A stretch of DNA of 64,000 nt from Candidatus Foliamicus sp. (GCA_965221325.1 OZ244880.1), one strand, 5' to 3'; shown: positions 19,727-29,084, counted from the stretch's first letter. Notes: generated by a model not told the origin, from the letters alone. Translations and numbers: made by a program.

Positions 19727-20224
19727 ATGAGCAAGGCGTCCGCCAAGCCCCCCGGCAAGGGAGCGCTGGCCAGGTTCGTTTACCGCGAGGCGCGCCTGAT
19801 CGACGAGAAGCGGCTTGATGAGTGGTATGCGCTGTACTCCGAAGATGCGCTCTACTGGATGCCGCTGGTGCGCGGCCAAACCGATCCGCACAGCCACACA
19901 TCGCTGTTCTGCGAAGACAAGTTTCTGCTCAGGGTGCGAATAGAACGCCTGAAAAGCCCGCTTTCGCATTCGCAGCAGCAGCCGAGCTTCTGTCAGCATG
20001 TTCTGCAGCGCCCCGAAGTTGTCCGGCGCGATGATTCGAAGCGGGAATACTCGACGCGCACGCCGTTCGTCTATCTCGAAACCCGCCTGGACGAGCAATT
20101 CGTGCTTGGCGGCGTGGCGCATCACGATCTGCGCTGGCGCAATAGCCGCCTGGAGATTGCCGTCAAGCGCATCGAATTGCTCAATCGCGACGCAGCGCTG
20201 CCGTCCATACAAATGCTTCTGTGA
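19727..20224 (+). CDS. Ring-hydroxylating dioxygenase beta (small) subunit, NTF2-like
   Basis: Start moved to in-frame ATG 19727: MSKASAKPPGKGALARFVYREARLIDEKRLDEWYALYSEDALYWMP... 165 aa, the typical beta-subunit size. The track start 19610 adds an RSRSRSRS artefact from the repeat. Confidence 0.85.
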   Translation: MSKASAKPPGKGALARFVYREARLIDEKRLDEWYALYSEDALYWMPLVRGQTDPHSHTSLFCEDKFLLRVRIERLKSPLSHSQQQPSFCQHVLQRPEVVRRDDSKREYSTRTPFVYLETRLDEQFVLGGVAHHDLRWRNSRLEIAVKRIELLNRDAALPSIQMLL

Positions 20225-21885
20225 GCAACGCGGCTCAGGGCACCGTGGCACGGGCGCTGGAGCTGGCGGCTGGCCGGCACGCGGAAAGCCCCTTCCTGCG
20301 CATTACCACCGATACCGCCGATCGCAGCGGGATCGCGCCCGGCGATATCAGTTACGGCGACGCCTGGCGGCGCGTGGACGCCTTGGCCGAACGCTTGCGG
20401 CCGCTGGCGCAACAGCAGGGCCAGGCGACCCGGCGCGTGGCCCTGCTGCTGGAAAACCGCCCGGACATGTTCCTGCACTGGCTGGCGCTGAATGCGCTGG
20501 GCGTTTCGGTGGCGCCGCTGAATCCGGCCTGGCGTTCCGCGGAGCTTGCCTACGCGCTGACGCACAGCGAAGCATGCCTCGTGATTGCCTTGCCCGAGAG
20601 GACGGAAGAGTTGCGCTCGGTGGCCCGCCAGGCCGGACTGGATGTGCCCGTATGCGCGCCCGGTGAGGATGTTCCAGAGCTGCGATCGCCGCCCATTCAG
20701 GTCAAGGCGCCCGAGAATGACGCCGAACGCGAGTGCGCGCTGCTTTACACCTCCGGCACCACTGGGCAGCCGAAGGGCTGTATGCTCAGCAACCGGTATT
20801 TCACGACGATCGGCGCCTGGTACGCCGCGCTCGGTGATCTCTGCGCGCTGGATGCGGGCCGCGATTGCCTGATTACGCCTCTGCCCATGCACCACATGAA
20901 CGCGCTGGCCTGTTCGACCATGGCGATGCTGCAGACCGGCGGCTGCATCGCGCCGCTGGACCGCTTTCATCCGAGCAGTTGGTGGTGCGAAGTGCGCGAA
21001 TCGCGTGCCACTATCGTGCACTACCTCGGCGTAATGCCGGCAATTCTGCTCAAGCTGCCCGCAGAAGCCGCCGAGCGCGCGCATCGTCTGCGTTTCGGAT
21101 TCGGGGCCGGCGTCGGCAGCCGTCAGCACGCACCGTTCGAGGAGCGCTTCGGCTTTCCGCTGATTGAAGCCTGGGCCATGACCGAGACGGGCGCAGGGGC
21201 GGCCATCATCGCCAACCGCGAGCCGCGCAAACGCGGCAGCGCCTGTTTCGGCAGACCGGGTCCGCAGTTGAAGACACGTATCGTGGCCGCCGACGGTCGC
21301 GAAGCCGGCCTGGATGAGCCGGGAGAGCTCTGGGTGCGGCAGGCGGGAGACAACCCGCGATTGGGGTTTTTCTCCGGGTACTTCAAGGATGCGCAAGCCA
21401 CCGAACGCGCCTGGAAGGACGGCTGGTTTCAGACCGGCGATATTGTGGCCCGCGACGCCGACGGCGACCTGCATTTCATCGACCGGCGGAGCAACCTGAT
21501 TCGCCGCAGCGGCGAGAACATCTCTGCTGCCGAGGTCGAGGGAGTGTTGGCCGAACACGCTGCTGTGGCCGAAGTGGCGGTGGCGGCGGCGCCGGACGAA
21601 GTGCGCGGCGACGAGGTGTTCGCCTGTGTGCGTGTTGCCGGCGCGGCGCAAGGCGCTGACTCGGAACCCGCGGCACTGGCCCGCGACCTGACGCGGCATT
21701 GCCTCGAAAGGTTGGCCTATTTCAAGGCGCCCGGTTTTGTGGCGCTGGTGGACGAACTGCCGCACACGGCCACGCAAAAGATCGACCGCGCGGGCTTGAA
21801 GGCGCTGGCGTTGGATTTGTTCGAGCGCGGCGCCTGCGTGGATACGCGCAGCATGAAACGCGCCCTGCCTTCGCGGGCGGCATGA
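20221..21885 (+). CDS. AMP-dependent acyl/aryl-CoA ligase
   Basis: AMP-binding motif LLYTSGTTGQPKG. GTG start overlaps the beta-subunit stop by 4 nt. 554 aa. Confidence 0.9.
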   Translation: MSNAAQGTVARALELAAGRHAESPFLRITTDTADRSGIAPGDISYGDAWRRVDALAERLRPLAQQQGQATRRVALLLENRPDMFLHWLALNALGVSVAPLNPAWRSAELAYALTHSEACLVIALPERTEELRSVARQAGLDVPVCAPGEDVPELRSPPIQVKAPENDAERECALLYTSGTTGQPKGCMLSNRYFTTIGAWYAALGDLCALDAGRDCLITPLPMHHMNALACSTMAMLQTGGCIAPLDRFHPSSWWCEVRESRATIVHYLGVMPAILLKLPAEAAERAHRLRFGFGAGVGSRQHAPFEERFGFPLIEAWAMTETGAGAAIIANREPRKRGSACFGRPGPQLKTRIVAADGREAGLDEPGELWVRQAGDNPRLGFFSGYFKDAQATERAWKDGWFQTGDIVARDADGDLHFIDRRSNLIRRSGENISAAEVEGVLAEHAAVAEVAVAAAPDEVRGDEVFACVRVAGAAQGADSEPAALARDLTRHCLERLAYFKAPGFVALVDELPHTATQKIDRAGLKALALDLFERGACVDTRSMKRALPSRAA

Positions 21886-23045
21886 GCCGCCAGAGCTACG
21901 AAGGCGTTGCCGTGGGCGCGCCGGTCACCGTGCCTTACGCGCGCTACTCCACGCGCGATGCGCATTCGTGGATCGCCAGGGCCCTGGCCGGGCTGTTGCG
22001 CGACACGGGGCTCAAGAAAGACCAGATCGACGGCCTCGGCGTGTCGAGTTTCACGCTGGCGCCGGACACTGCCGTGGGCCTGACGCAGCACCTTGGCATG
22101 TCCCTGCGTTGGCTGGACCATGTGCCCATGGGCGGCGCTTCCGGGGTGGTGTGTCTGCGGCGCGCGGCGCGTGCAGTGCAGGCCGGCGACGCCGAAATAG
22201 TGGCCTGCATCGCCGGCGACACCAACCAGGTGGACACTTTTCGGCGCACGCTATCGACCTTCAGCCGCTTCGCCGTGGACGCCGTATATCCCTATGGCTC
22301 CGGCGGAGCCAACGCCAGCTTCGCGTTCATCACCGACTGGTGGATGCGGCAATACGGATTGCGTCGCGAGGACTTCGGCAAACTGTGCTTGGCGCAGCGG
22401 CGCAACGCCGGACACAACCCCTGCGCACTGCTGCGCCAGCCGCTCACGCTGGAGGACTACCTGCATGCGCGGGTCATCGCCGAACCGCTGCGCCTGTTCG
22501 ATTGCGTCATGCCCTGCGCCGGGGCCGACGCATTTCTGGTCACCACCGCGGACCGGGCCCGCGCGCTGGGGCTGGAGCACGTCCGGCTGCTGGGCGCCAT
22601 CGAGCGCCACAACGCCTATCCACGCGACCCCGTCCAAGCTCGCGGCGGCTGGACGCTGGACGCGGCCGAGTTATGGCGGCAGGCGAACTGCGGGCCGTCC
22701 GACATGGATTTCTTCCAGGCTTACGACGACTATCCCGTGATTACGCTGATGCAGATCGAAGGCATGGGGTTCTGCGTGCCGGGGGAAGGCGCCGCCTTTA
22801 TCCGCGCGCACGAATTTGCCTTCGACGGCGACTGTCCCTTGAATACCGGCGGCGGACAGTTGTCGATGGGCCAGGCTGGCGCCGCCGGCGGTTTTCTGGG
22901 GCTGGTGGAGGCGCTGCGCCAATTGCTGCGCCACCCGCTGGGCAAACAGGTTGCGAATGCGCGGCGCGGCGCTGTTTCAGGATTCGGCATGATCAACTAC
23001 GACCGTGGCTTGTGCAGCGCGGCTGCCGTGTTGGCGCGCCCATGA
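21882..23045 (+). CDS. SCPx/DitF-type thiolase-like protein
   Basis: Start at ATG 21882 (ATGA overlap with the ligase stop). MSRQSYEGVAVGAPVTVPYARYSTRDAHSW...VSSFTLAPD...VACIAGD. Non-canonical thiolase of the kind that pairs with DUF35 proteins. Confidence 0.75.
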   Translation: MSRQSYEGVAVGAPVTVPYARYSTRDAHSWIARALAGLLRDTGLKKDQIDGLGVSSFTLAPDTAVGLTQHLGMSLRWLDHVPMGGASGVVCLRRAARAVQAGDAEIVACIAGDTNQVDTFRRTLSTFSRFAVDAVYPYGSGGANASFAFITDWWMRQYGLRREDFGKLCLAQRRNAGHNPCALLRQPLTLEDYLHARVIAEPLRLFDCVMPCAGADAFLVTTADRARALGLEHVRLLGAIERHNAYPRDPVQARGGWTLDAAELWRQANCGPSDMDFFQAYDDYPVITLMQIEGMGFCVPGEGAAFIRAHEFAFDGDCPLNTGGGQLSMGQAGAAGGFLGLVEALRQLLRHPLGKQVANARRGAVSGFGMINYDRGLCSAAAVLARP

Positions 23046-24304
23046 CATCATCCATGCAAGGCAAGACCCGTCTCAAGAACCCGATTCTGCGCACGCGGCA
23101 GCCGCTTACGCCGCCGCTGCCGCGCAGCCGGGCAGCGCTGGGGTTGACGGCGCGGGCCGCAGAAGGCCAGTTTGCCTTGCAGCGCTGCGAGGAGTGCGGA
23201 CGCTTTCAGTATCCGCCGGCTGATTGCTGCGCCGAGTGCCTTTCGGGCGCGCTATCGTGGCAGCCGGCCTCCGGGCGCGGCGAGCTGTTGGCGCATACCA
23301 TGCTGCATCACAGCAACGATCCGTTCTACCGCGAACGCCTTCCCTGGCGGCTGGGATTGACGCGCCTGGAAGAGGGTCCGGTTGCAGTCGTGCATCTGCA
23401 TCAAGGCTGTCCGCCGCCACCCGCCATGGTGCGGGTTACGGCTAAACTCGACAAGGCCGGGCAAGGCGCGCTGGTGGCGCTGCCCGCTCAGCATAGCGAC
23501 GACATGCAAACAGACCCGCGCCACAACGAGTTTTCCTGCAACCCGCAACACCGCAAGGTGCTGGTTACCGACGGCAAGAGCCGCGTGGGTCAGGCACTGG
23601 TGAGCGCCCTGGCAGAGGCCGGAGCGGCTGTTATCTGGGTGGGGCAGGCGGAACCCTGGAAAAAATATCCGGGCCAGGAGGAGGTCGAAAAGCTGGATCA
23701 GGTCAGCGTGGTGCCGCTGGACTTGACCGACGAGCGCGGTGTGCAACGCATGGCCGGAGAAATCGGTGGGCGCGTCGATATTCTTATCAACAATGCCGAA
23801 GTGCATCGCAGCGAGGGCATTGCAACCCGCGCCGGTGCGGAGCTCGCGCGCCGCGAGATGGAAGTCAATTACCTGGGTCTTTTGCGGCTGGCCCAGGCGT
23901 TCGGGCCGCTGATGCGCGCGCGGGCGGCCGACGGCGACGCTTCGGCCACCGCCTGGGTGAATGTCCTGAGCGTCTATGCGCTGAGCAACTATCCTCCGCA
24001 AGGCACCTACTCGGCCTCCAAAGCTGCGGCGCTCTCGCTGGCGCAGTGTTTGCGCGCCGAAATGCAGCCCGCCGGCATTCGGGTCATGAACGTGTTTCCC
24101 GGGCCCATCGACGAACCCTGGAATCAGACCTTGCCGCCGCCCAAGCTGGCGCCGGAACGCCTGGCCCTGGATATCGTTAGCGGCTTGCGCGACGGCGTCG
24201 AGGACCTGTTCCCGGGCGCGGTGGCCCAAGACTGGGTGGAGCGCTGGCGCGACAATCCCAAGGTGCTGGAGCGCGAACTGGCAGCCGAGGCGCAGGCGCG
24301 GTGA
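23042..24304 (+). CDS. DUF35 (Zn-ribbon + OB-fold) fused to a short-chain dehydrogenase domain
   Basis: Start at ATG 23042 (ATGA overlap). The N-terminal half has the Zn ribbon CEECGRFQYPPADCCAEC and an OB-like region. The C-terminal half has the SDR motifs ILINNAE and YSASK. Its glycine-rich loop is atypical: VTDGKSRVG. Confidence 0.75.
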   Translation: MTSSMQGKTRLKNPILRTRQPLTPPLPRSRAALGLTARAAEGQFALQRCEECGRFQYPPADCCAECLSGALSWQPASGRGELLAHTMLHHSNDPFYRERLPWRLGLTRLEEGPVAVVHLHQGCPPPPAMVRVTAKLDKAGQGALVALPAQHSDDMQTDPRHNEFSCNPQHRKVLVTDGKSRVGQALVSALAEAGAAVIWVGQAEPWKKYPGQEEVEKLDQVSVVPLDLTDERGVQRMAGEIGGRVDILINNAEVHRSEGIATRAGAELARREMEVNYLGLLRLAQAFGPLMRARAADGDASATAWVNVLSVYALSNYPPQGTYSASKAAALSLAQCLRAEMQPAGIRVMNVFPGPIDEPWNQTLPPPKLAPERLALDIVSGLRDGVEDLFPGAVAQDWVERWRDNPKVLERELAAEAQAR

Positions 24305-25029
24305 GCGGCGGTCGCGTCTGGCTCACCGGAGGCAGTTCCGGCATCGGCGCCTGCATGACGCAAGTGCTCGTCGAGCAGGGCCTCGAAGTGGTGTGTTTTG
24401 CGCGCCGCCCGGCGCCGGCGCGCTCGCCGCAGGTCAAGTCGGTGGCCGTGGATCTGACCGACCCGCAAGCCACACGCCAGGCATTCGCCGAAACCGCCGC
24501 CAGCGATCCCGCCAATCGCCTCGTGCATAACGCAGGCGTAATCCGGGAACGGCCACTGCCGGAGGTGAGGCAAGATGACATGGAGGCGCTGGCGCAATTG
24601 CACATGGGCGCCGCGGTGGCGATGGCACAAGTCAACCTGGAGGCCATGCGCTCGGCCGGCTGGGGGCGGATCGTGCTGGTTTCCAGCCGCGCCGTGGTCG
24701 GTTTGGCCAAGCGCACCGCCTACGCTTCCACCAAGGCCGGAATGCTCGGCCTGGCGCGCACCTGGGCCTTGGAACTGGCGCCGCTCAAGGTAACCGCCAA
24801 CGTGATCCTGCCCGGGCCGATTGCCGATACCGGAATGTTCGACGATGTCGTGCCTCCGGGCAGCGAGCGGGCCACGAAGCTGGCTGCCTCCATTCCTGTC
24901 GGGCGGCTAGGGCGGCCCGAAGACGTGGCCCGCGCGGCGTTGTTTTTCCTGGACCGCCGCAGCGGCTTCGTGACCGGGCAAGCGCTGTATGTGTGCGGTG
25001 GCACTTCAGTGGGGTCGCTTACCCTGTGA
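24301..25029 (+). CDS. Classical SDR oxidoreductase
   Basis: TGGSSGIG, HNAGV and YASTKAG motifs. GTG start with 4-nt overlap. 242 aa. Confidence 0.9.
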   Translation: MSGGRVWLTGGSSGIGACMTQVLVEQGLEVVCFARRPAPARSPQVKSVAVDLTDPQATRQAFAETAASDPANRLVHNAGVIRERPLPEVRQDDMEALAQLHMGAAVAMAQVNLEAMRSAGWGRIVLVSSRAVVGLAKRTAYASTKAGMLGLARTWALELAPLKVTANVILPGPIADTGMFDDVVPPGSERATKLAASIPVGRLGRPEDVARAALFFLDRRSGFVTGQALYVCGGTSVGSLTL

Positions 25030-25814
25030 GCGGGGTGCTGGAGGAGCTGCTGGCCGGACTCGCTGCCGGCAAGCTGCGCGTGGTCGATTTGAGCCACACG
25101 CTGAGTCCGGACTTTCCGCAGCTAGGCCTGCCTCCCGAAATGGGTCAGGCGCTGCCGTTCCGCAGTGAGGAGATATCGCGCTACGACAGCCGCGGCCCGG
25201 CCTGGTACTGGAACAATTTCAGCCTTTGCGAACACACCGGCACGCATTTCGACGCGCCTATTCACTGGATCTCCGGGCGCGAGCTGCCGAACAATTCCGT
25301 CGATACGATCCCGCCGCAGCACATGATCGCTCCGGCTTGCGTGGTGGATTGTGTAGCGGACGCCGAGCGCGACGCCGACTTCCTGCTGACGCGCCAACGG
25401 CTTGAAGAATGGGAGGCCGAGCATGGCCGCATACCGCCCGGCGCCTGGGTGTTGATGCAAACCGGCTGGGCGCGCCGTGTGGACGATCCCGCGGCGTTTC
25501 AGAATTACGACGCTGCCGGGCAACACACGCCCGGCCCTGATGTGGGCTGCGTGCGTTTCCTGGTGGAGCAGCGCGACGTGATGGGTTTCGGCACCGAGAC
25601 CATAGGCACCGACAGCGGCCAGGCGCAGCGGTTCAAGCCCCCGTATCCCTGCCACTACTACATGCACGGCGCCGGAAAGTACGGTTTGCAATGCCTCAAT
25701 AACCTCGACCAGTTGCCTGCCACCGGCTCGGTGCTGCTCACCGCCCCTCTGAAACTCGAACAAGGCTCCGGCAGCCCGCTGCGGGCCTTGGCGCTGATCC
25801 CCTCGGGCGCATAA
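25026..25814 (+). CDS. Cyclase-family metal hydrolase (kynurenine-formamidase/isatin-hydrolase fold)
   Basis: GTG 25026 (GTGA overlap with the SDR stop). Signature EHTGTHFDAPIHW. 262 aa. Confidence 0.8.
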   Translation: MSGVLEELLAGLAAGKLRVVDLSHTLSPDFPQLGLPPEMGQALPFRSEEISRYDSRGPAWYWNNFSLCEHTGTHFDAPIHWISGRELPNNSVDTIPPQHMIAPACVVDCVADAERDADFLLTRQRLEEWEAEHGRIPPGAWVLMQTGWARRVDDPAAFQNYDAAGQHTPGPDVGCVRFLVEQRDVMGFGTETIGTDSGQAQRFKPPYPCHYYMHGAGKYGLQCLNNLDQLPATGSVLLTAPLKLEQGSGSPLRALALIPSGA

Positions 25815-25979
25815 CGCGCGCAATGCTCGGCGCCTGACGCGGGTATATCACCCGCGCCGGCTGCGGAGTCCAAGACGCCGACGCCCGGCTTGCGGTCGCG
25901 CGCAACCGTTGAAGCGGATACGGCATCCAAAGGAGTAGGGAAACGGATTGGTCGTTTCCGGAATCTCGGAGAAATTCAC

Positions 25980-26456
25980 ATGAGGAAAGGAAGGATTGCC
26001 GGCGCGGCGCTTCTGCTTGCGTTCGCGGCCGGCGCTGCCCAGGCGCACGATCCGGCCGCGGCGCGAGCCGAATGGTTGGGCGAGCGGTTGGAGCTCAGCG
26101 GGGAACAGCAAGCGCAGGTGGACACGATTCTTGCCGAAAGCCAGGCCCAGCGTGAAGCCCTTAGGGCTCAAAACCGTGAGGCGCGCGATGCCATGAGGGA
26201 GCAACGCAAGGCGCTGCGGGAGCAGTCGAGAGAGCTTGAGAATTCCACGCGCGAACGGCTGGCTGGAGTTCTGACCGAAGAGCAGAACGCGCGGCTGGAC
26301 GAGATGCGCAAGGACATGAACCAGCGCGCCATCATGCGGCGCGGCGGGCGCGAGGGCATGCGGCGCGGCAACATGCAGCGCCGCTGGCAGCCGGGCCAAC
26401 TGTATCGCGGCCAAGGCAACAAACAGCAGGCACAAGCCCCGGCCTCCGACGAATAA
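25980..26456 (+). CDS. Periplasmic Spy/CpxP/ZraP-like LTXXQ protein
   Basis: ATG 25980. Signal peptide MRKGRIAGAALLLAFAAGAAQA. Helical repeats carry LSGEQ and LTEEQ motifs. The tail is Arg/Met/Gln-rich. Confidence 0.6.
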   Translation: MRKGRIAGAALLLAFAAGAAQAHDPAAARAEWLGERLELSGEQQAQVDTILAESQAQREALRAQNREARDAMREQRKALREQSRELENSTRERLAGVLTEEQNARLDEMRKDMNQRAIMRRGGREGMRRGNMQRRWQPGQLYRGQGNKQQAQAPASDE

Positions 26457-26523
26457 GTCGGACCTACTCCCCCTCCCCAATAGGCGGGGGCTGAACAGGC
26501 CCTTTCACCGGGCCTCTTGCTGG

Positions 26524-26564
26524 CGCCGGCGCAGCGAATGGAGTTCCTGCGCCGGCGTTTTTTT
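26524..26564 (+). terminator. Rho-independent terminator after the Spy-like gene
   Basis: Perfect 11-bp stem CGCCGGCGCAG / CTGCGCCGGCG, 12-nt loop, then T7. Confidence 0.75.
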
Positions 26565-26588
26565 CAGGCTCCGGCGTACAATCGCCCG

Positions 26589-28520
26589 ATGCCGGAAATC
26601 ACTCTTCCCGACGGCAGCCGCCGACGCTATGAGCAGGCGCCCAGCGTAGCCGAAGTCGCGGCCGATATCGGCCCTGGTCTGGCTCGCGCGGCGCTGGCCG
26701 GCCGCGTGGACGGGCAGTTGGTGGATACCGATTTTCGGATCGCCGACGATGCCGAACTCGCGATTGTCACCGCGCGCGACCCGGACGGCTTGGAGATATT
26801 GCGCCATTCCACCGCCCACCTTTTGGCGCAGGCGGTGCAGGACCTTTTCCCGGGCGCCCAGGTCACCATCGGACCGGTAATCGAGGACGGCTTCTACTAC
26901 GATTTCGCCTACGAGCGGGGATTCACTCCCGAGGACCTGGAGCGGATCGAAGCGCGCATGAAGGAACTTTCGCGCGCCGACCTGCGCGTTTCGCACGAGA
27001 CCATGGCCCGCGACGACGCCGTGGCCTACTTCCGCTCGATCGGCGAGCGTTACAAGGCCGAAATCATCGCCGGAATTCCCGAGGGAGAACCCATCAAGCT
27101 CTATGGTCAGGGCGACTGGAAAGACCTCTGCCGTGGGCCCCACGTACCCTCCACCGGTCATCTCAAGGCATTCAAGCTCACGCGCACCGCCGGAGCCTAC
27201 TGGCGCGGCGATTCATCCAACGAACAACTGCGGCGGATTTACGGCACTGCCTGGGCGGATTCCAAGGCGCTCAAGGCCCATCTCAAGCGCCTGGAGGAAG
27301 CAGCCAAGCGCGACCATCGCCGCATCGGCACGGACCTCGATCTGTTCAGCATTCAGGAGGACGCCGGCGGCGGACTGGTGTTCTGGCATCCCAAGGGGGC
27401 CCGCATTCGGCGGGTTATCGAGGATTTCTGGCGCGAGCGCCACGCGCGCGCCGGCTACGAACTGCTGTTCACGCCGCATATTGCGCTGGAGGATCTCTGG
27501 GATCGCTCCGGGCACACGGATTTCTACCGCGAGTCGATGTATGCGCCCGTAGAGGACGAGGGACGCGGCTACCAACTACGGCCCATGAATTGCCCGTTTC
27601 ATATCCTCGTCTATCGCAACCGCTTGCGTTCCCATCGGGAGCTGCCGATGCGCTGGGCGGAACTGGGCACCGTGTACCGGCGCGAAATGTCCGGCGCCCT
27701 GCACGGATTGATGCGGGTACGGGGATTTACCCAGGACGACGCCCACGTGTTCTGCACCGAGGATCAGATCGAAGACGAAATCCTGCGCATCCTGGAGCTT
27801 GCACTGGAGCTGTTCGGCGCCTTTGGCTTCGAGGAATTCAACACGGTTCTGGCCACCCAGCCGGAAAAAGCCGTGGGGACCGACGCCATCTGGCAGCGCG
27901 CCACCGCCGCGCTGGAATCGGCCTTGCGCCAAAAGAACATGGCGTTCGAACTCGATCCGGGTGGCGGCGCGTTCTACGGTCCCAAGATCGATATCAAGAT
28001 ACGTGACGCCATCGGCCGCGAGTGGCAATGCTCTACGGTGCAACTGGACTTCAACCTTCCGGAGCGCTTTGGCCTTGAGTACGTGGCCGCCGACGGCTCG
28101 CGCCGCCGGCCCATCATGATCCACCGTGCGCTGCTGGGCTCGCTGGAACGCTTTTTCGGCATTCTCATCGAGCACTATGCCGGCAAGTTTCCGTTTTGGC
28201 TGGCCCCTGTTCAAACCGCGGTGCTGGCGATCACGGAGCGCCAGGAAGCCTATGCGCGCGGTGTTTTCGAGGCCTTGCAGGAGGCCGGCCTGCGCGCCGA
28301 ATGCGACTTGAGAAGCGAGACGATAGGCTATAAAATCCGCGACCACACCTTGCAGGGGGTTCCCTACCTTCTGGTTCTCGGAGACCGCGAGGAACGCGAG
28401 GGCAATGTAGCCGTCCGGTCGCTTGCGGCCGGTGATCTAGGCGCCATGCCTTTGGACGATTTCATGGCGAAGGCAACCGCCGAGGGCTTGGGTTCCCCGC
28501 GAGGCGCATCCGACAACTAG
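26589..28520 (+). CDS. thrS: Threonyl-tRNA synthetase
   Basis: [32 protein letters not shown]... parallels the E. coli ThrRS N-terminus MPVITLPDGS. Class II motifs are present ([13 protein letters not shown] region, [13 protein letters not shown]). Confidence 0.97.
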   Translation: MPEITLPDGSRRRYEQAPSVAEVAADIGPGLARAALAGRVDGQLVDTDFRIADDAELAIVTARDPDGLEILRHSTAHLLAQAVQDLFPGAQVTIGPVIEDGFYYDFAYERGFTPEDLERIEARMKELSRADLRVSHETMARDDAVAYFRSIGERYKAEIIAGIPEGEPIKLYGQGDWKDLCRGPHVPSTGHLKAFKLTRTAGAYWRGDSSNEQLRRIYGTAWADSKALKAHLKRLEEAAKRDHRRIGTDLDLFSIQEDAGGGLVFWHPKGARIRRVIEDFWRERHARAGYELLFTPHIALEDLWDRSGHTDFYRESMYAPVEDEGRGYQLRPMNCPFHILVYRNRLRSHRELPMRWAELGTVYRREMSGALHGLMRVRGFTQDDAHVFCTEDQIEDEILRILELALELFGAFGFEEFNTVLATQPEKAVGTDAIWQRATAALESALRQKNMAFELDPGGGAFYGPKIDIKIRDAIGREWQCSTVQLDFNLPERFGLEYVAADGSRRRPIMIHRALLGSLERFFGILIEHYAGKFPFWLAPVQTAVLAITERQEAYARGVFEALQEAGLRAECDLRSETIGYKIRDHTLQGVPYLLVLGDREEREGNVAVRSLAAGDLGAMPLDDFMAKATAEGLGSPRGASDN

Positions 28521-28539
28521 CTGCCCGGAGGACATCAAT

Positions 28540-29061
28540 ATCGCTCAAAAGAAGCGGATTCTTCGCAACGAAGAGATCGAGGCTTACGAGCTTCGAGTGA
28601 TCGGCGATGATTCCAGACAGATCGGCGTCATGCGCCGCGAGGACGCTTTGCGCACCGCCAAGGAGCGGGGGTTGGACCTCGTGGAAGTGGATCCCAACGC
28701 CAAGCCGCCCGTTTGCAAGATACTCGACTACGGCCGCTACGTATTCGAGCAGAACAAGCGGGCGCACGCAGCGAGGAAGCGGCAGAAGCAGATTCAGGTC
28801 AAGGAAATCAAGCTGCGTCCGGGCACGGACCGTGGCGACTACGACGTGAAGCTGCGCAACCTGTTGCGGTTCCTGGAGCACGGCGACAAGACGAAGGTAA
28901 CCTTGCGTTTCCGCGGCCGGGAAATGGTGCATCAGGACCTGGGCGCCAAGTTGCTCGACCGGGTGCGCGAAGACCTGAGCGAGATCGCGCTGGTCGAGCA
29001 GGAGCCCAAGCTGGAGGGTCGGCAGTTGACCATGGTGATGGCGCCGCGCAAGCGAAGTTGA
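28540..29061 (+). CDS. infC: Translation initiation factor IF-3, probable non-AUG (AUC) start
   Basis: The conserved IF-3 sequence extends upstream of the track GTG (28597): IAQKKRILRNEEIEAYELRVIGDD... SD GGAGGA at 28527-28532 sits 7 nt before in-frame ATC 28540. In-frame ATT 28558 is the alternative. The gene call is secure; the start is uncertain. Confidence 0.85.
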   Translation: MAQKKRILRNEEIEAYELRVIGDDSRQIGVMRREDALRTAKERGLDLVEVDPNAKPPVCKILDYGRYVFEQNKRAHAARKRQKQIQVKEIKLRPGTDRGDYDVKLRNLLRFLEHGDKTKVTLRFRGREMVHQDLGAKLLDRVREDLSEIALVEQEPKLEGRQLTMVMAPRKRS

Positions 29062-29084
29062 GCTGTTAGCGAGAAAAGCACGTT

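Noticed and set aside
20122-21777. 551-aa minus-strand ORF
   Set aside because: It is antisense to the AMP-ligase gene, which carries the TSGTTGQPKG motif. It is a shadow ORF.
21968-23041. N-terminal 358 residues of the 778-aa track ORF
   Set aside because: This part is an alternative-frame read-through of the thiolase-like gene (Arg/Pro/Gly-rich). The recognisable DUF35 sequence begins at ATG 23042, which overlaps the thiolase stop.
26524-26564. Hairpin plus T7 considered as a thrS translational operator/attenuator or tRNA-Thr anticodon mimic
   Set aside because: The loop (CGAAUGGAGUUC) contains no Thr anticodon-like triplet in an anticodon-loop context. The structure sits right after the Spy-like gene and fits a plain terminator. 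The nearby TACAAT hexamer, 8 nt from the thrS ATG, lacks a matching -35.
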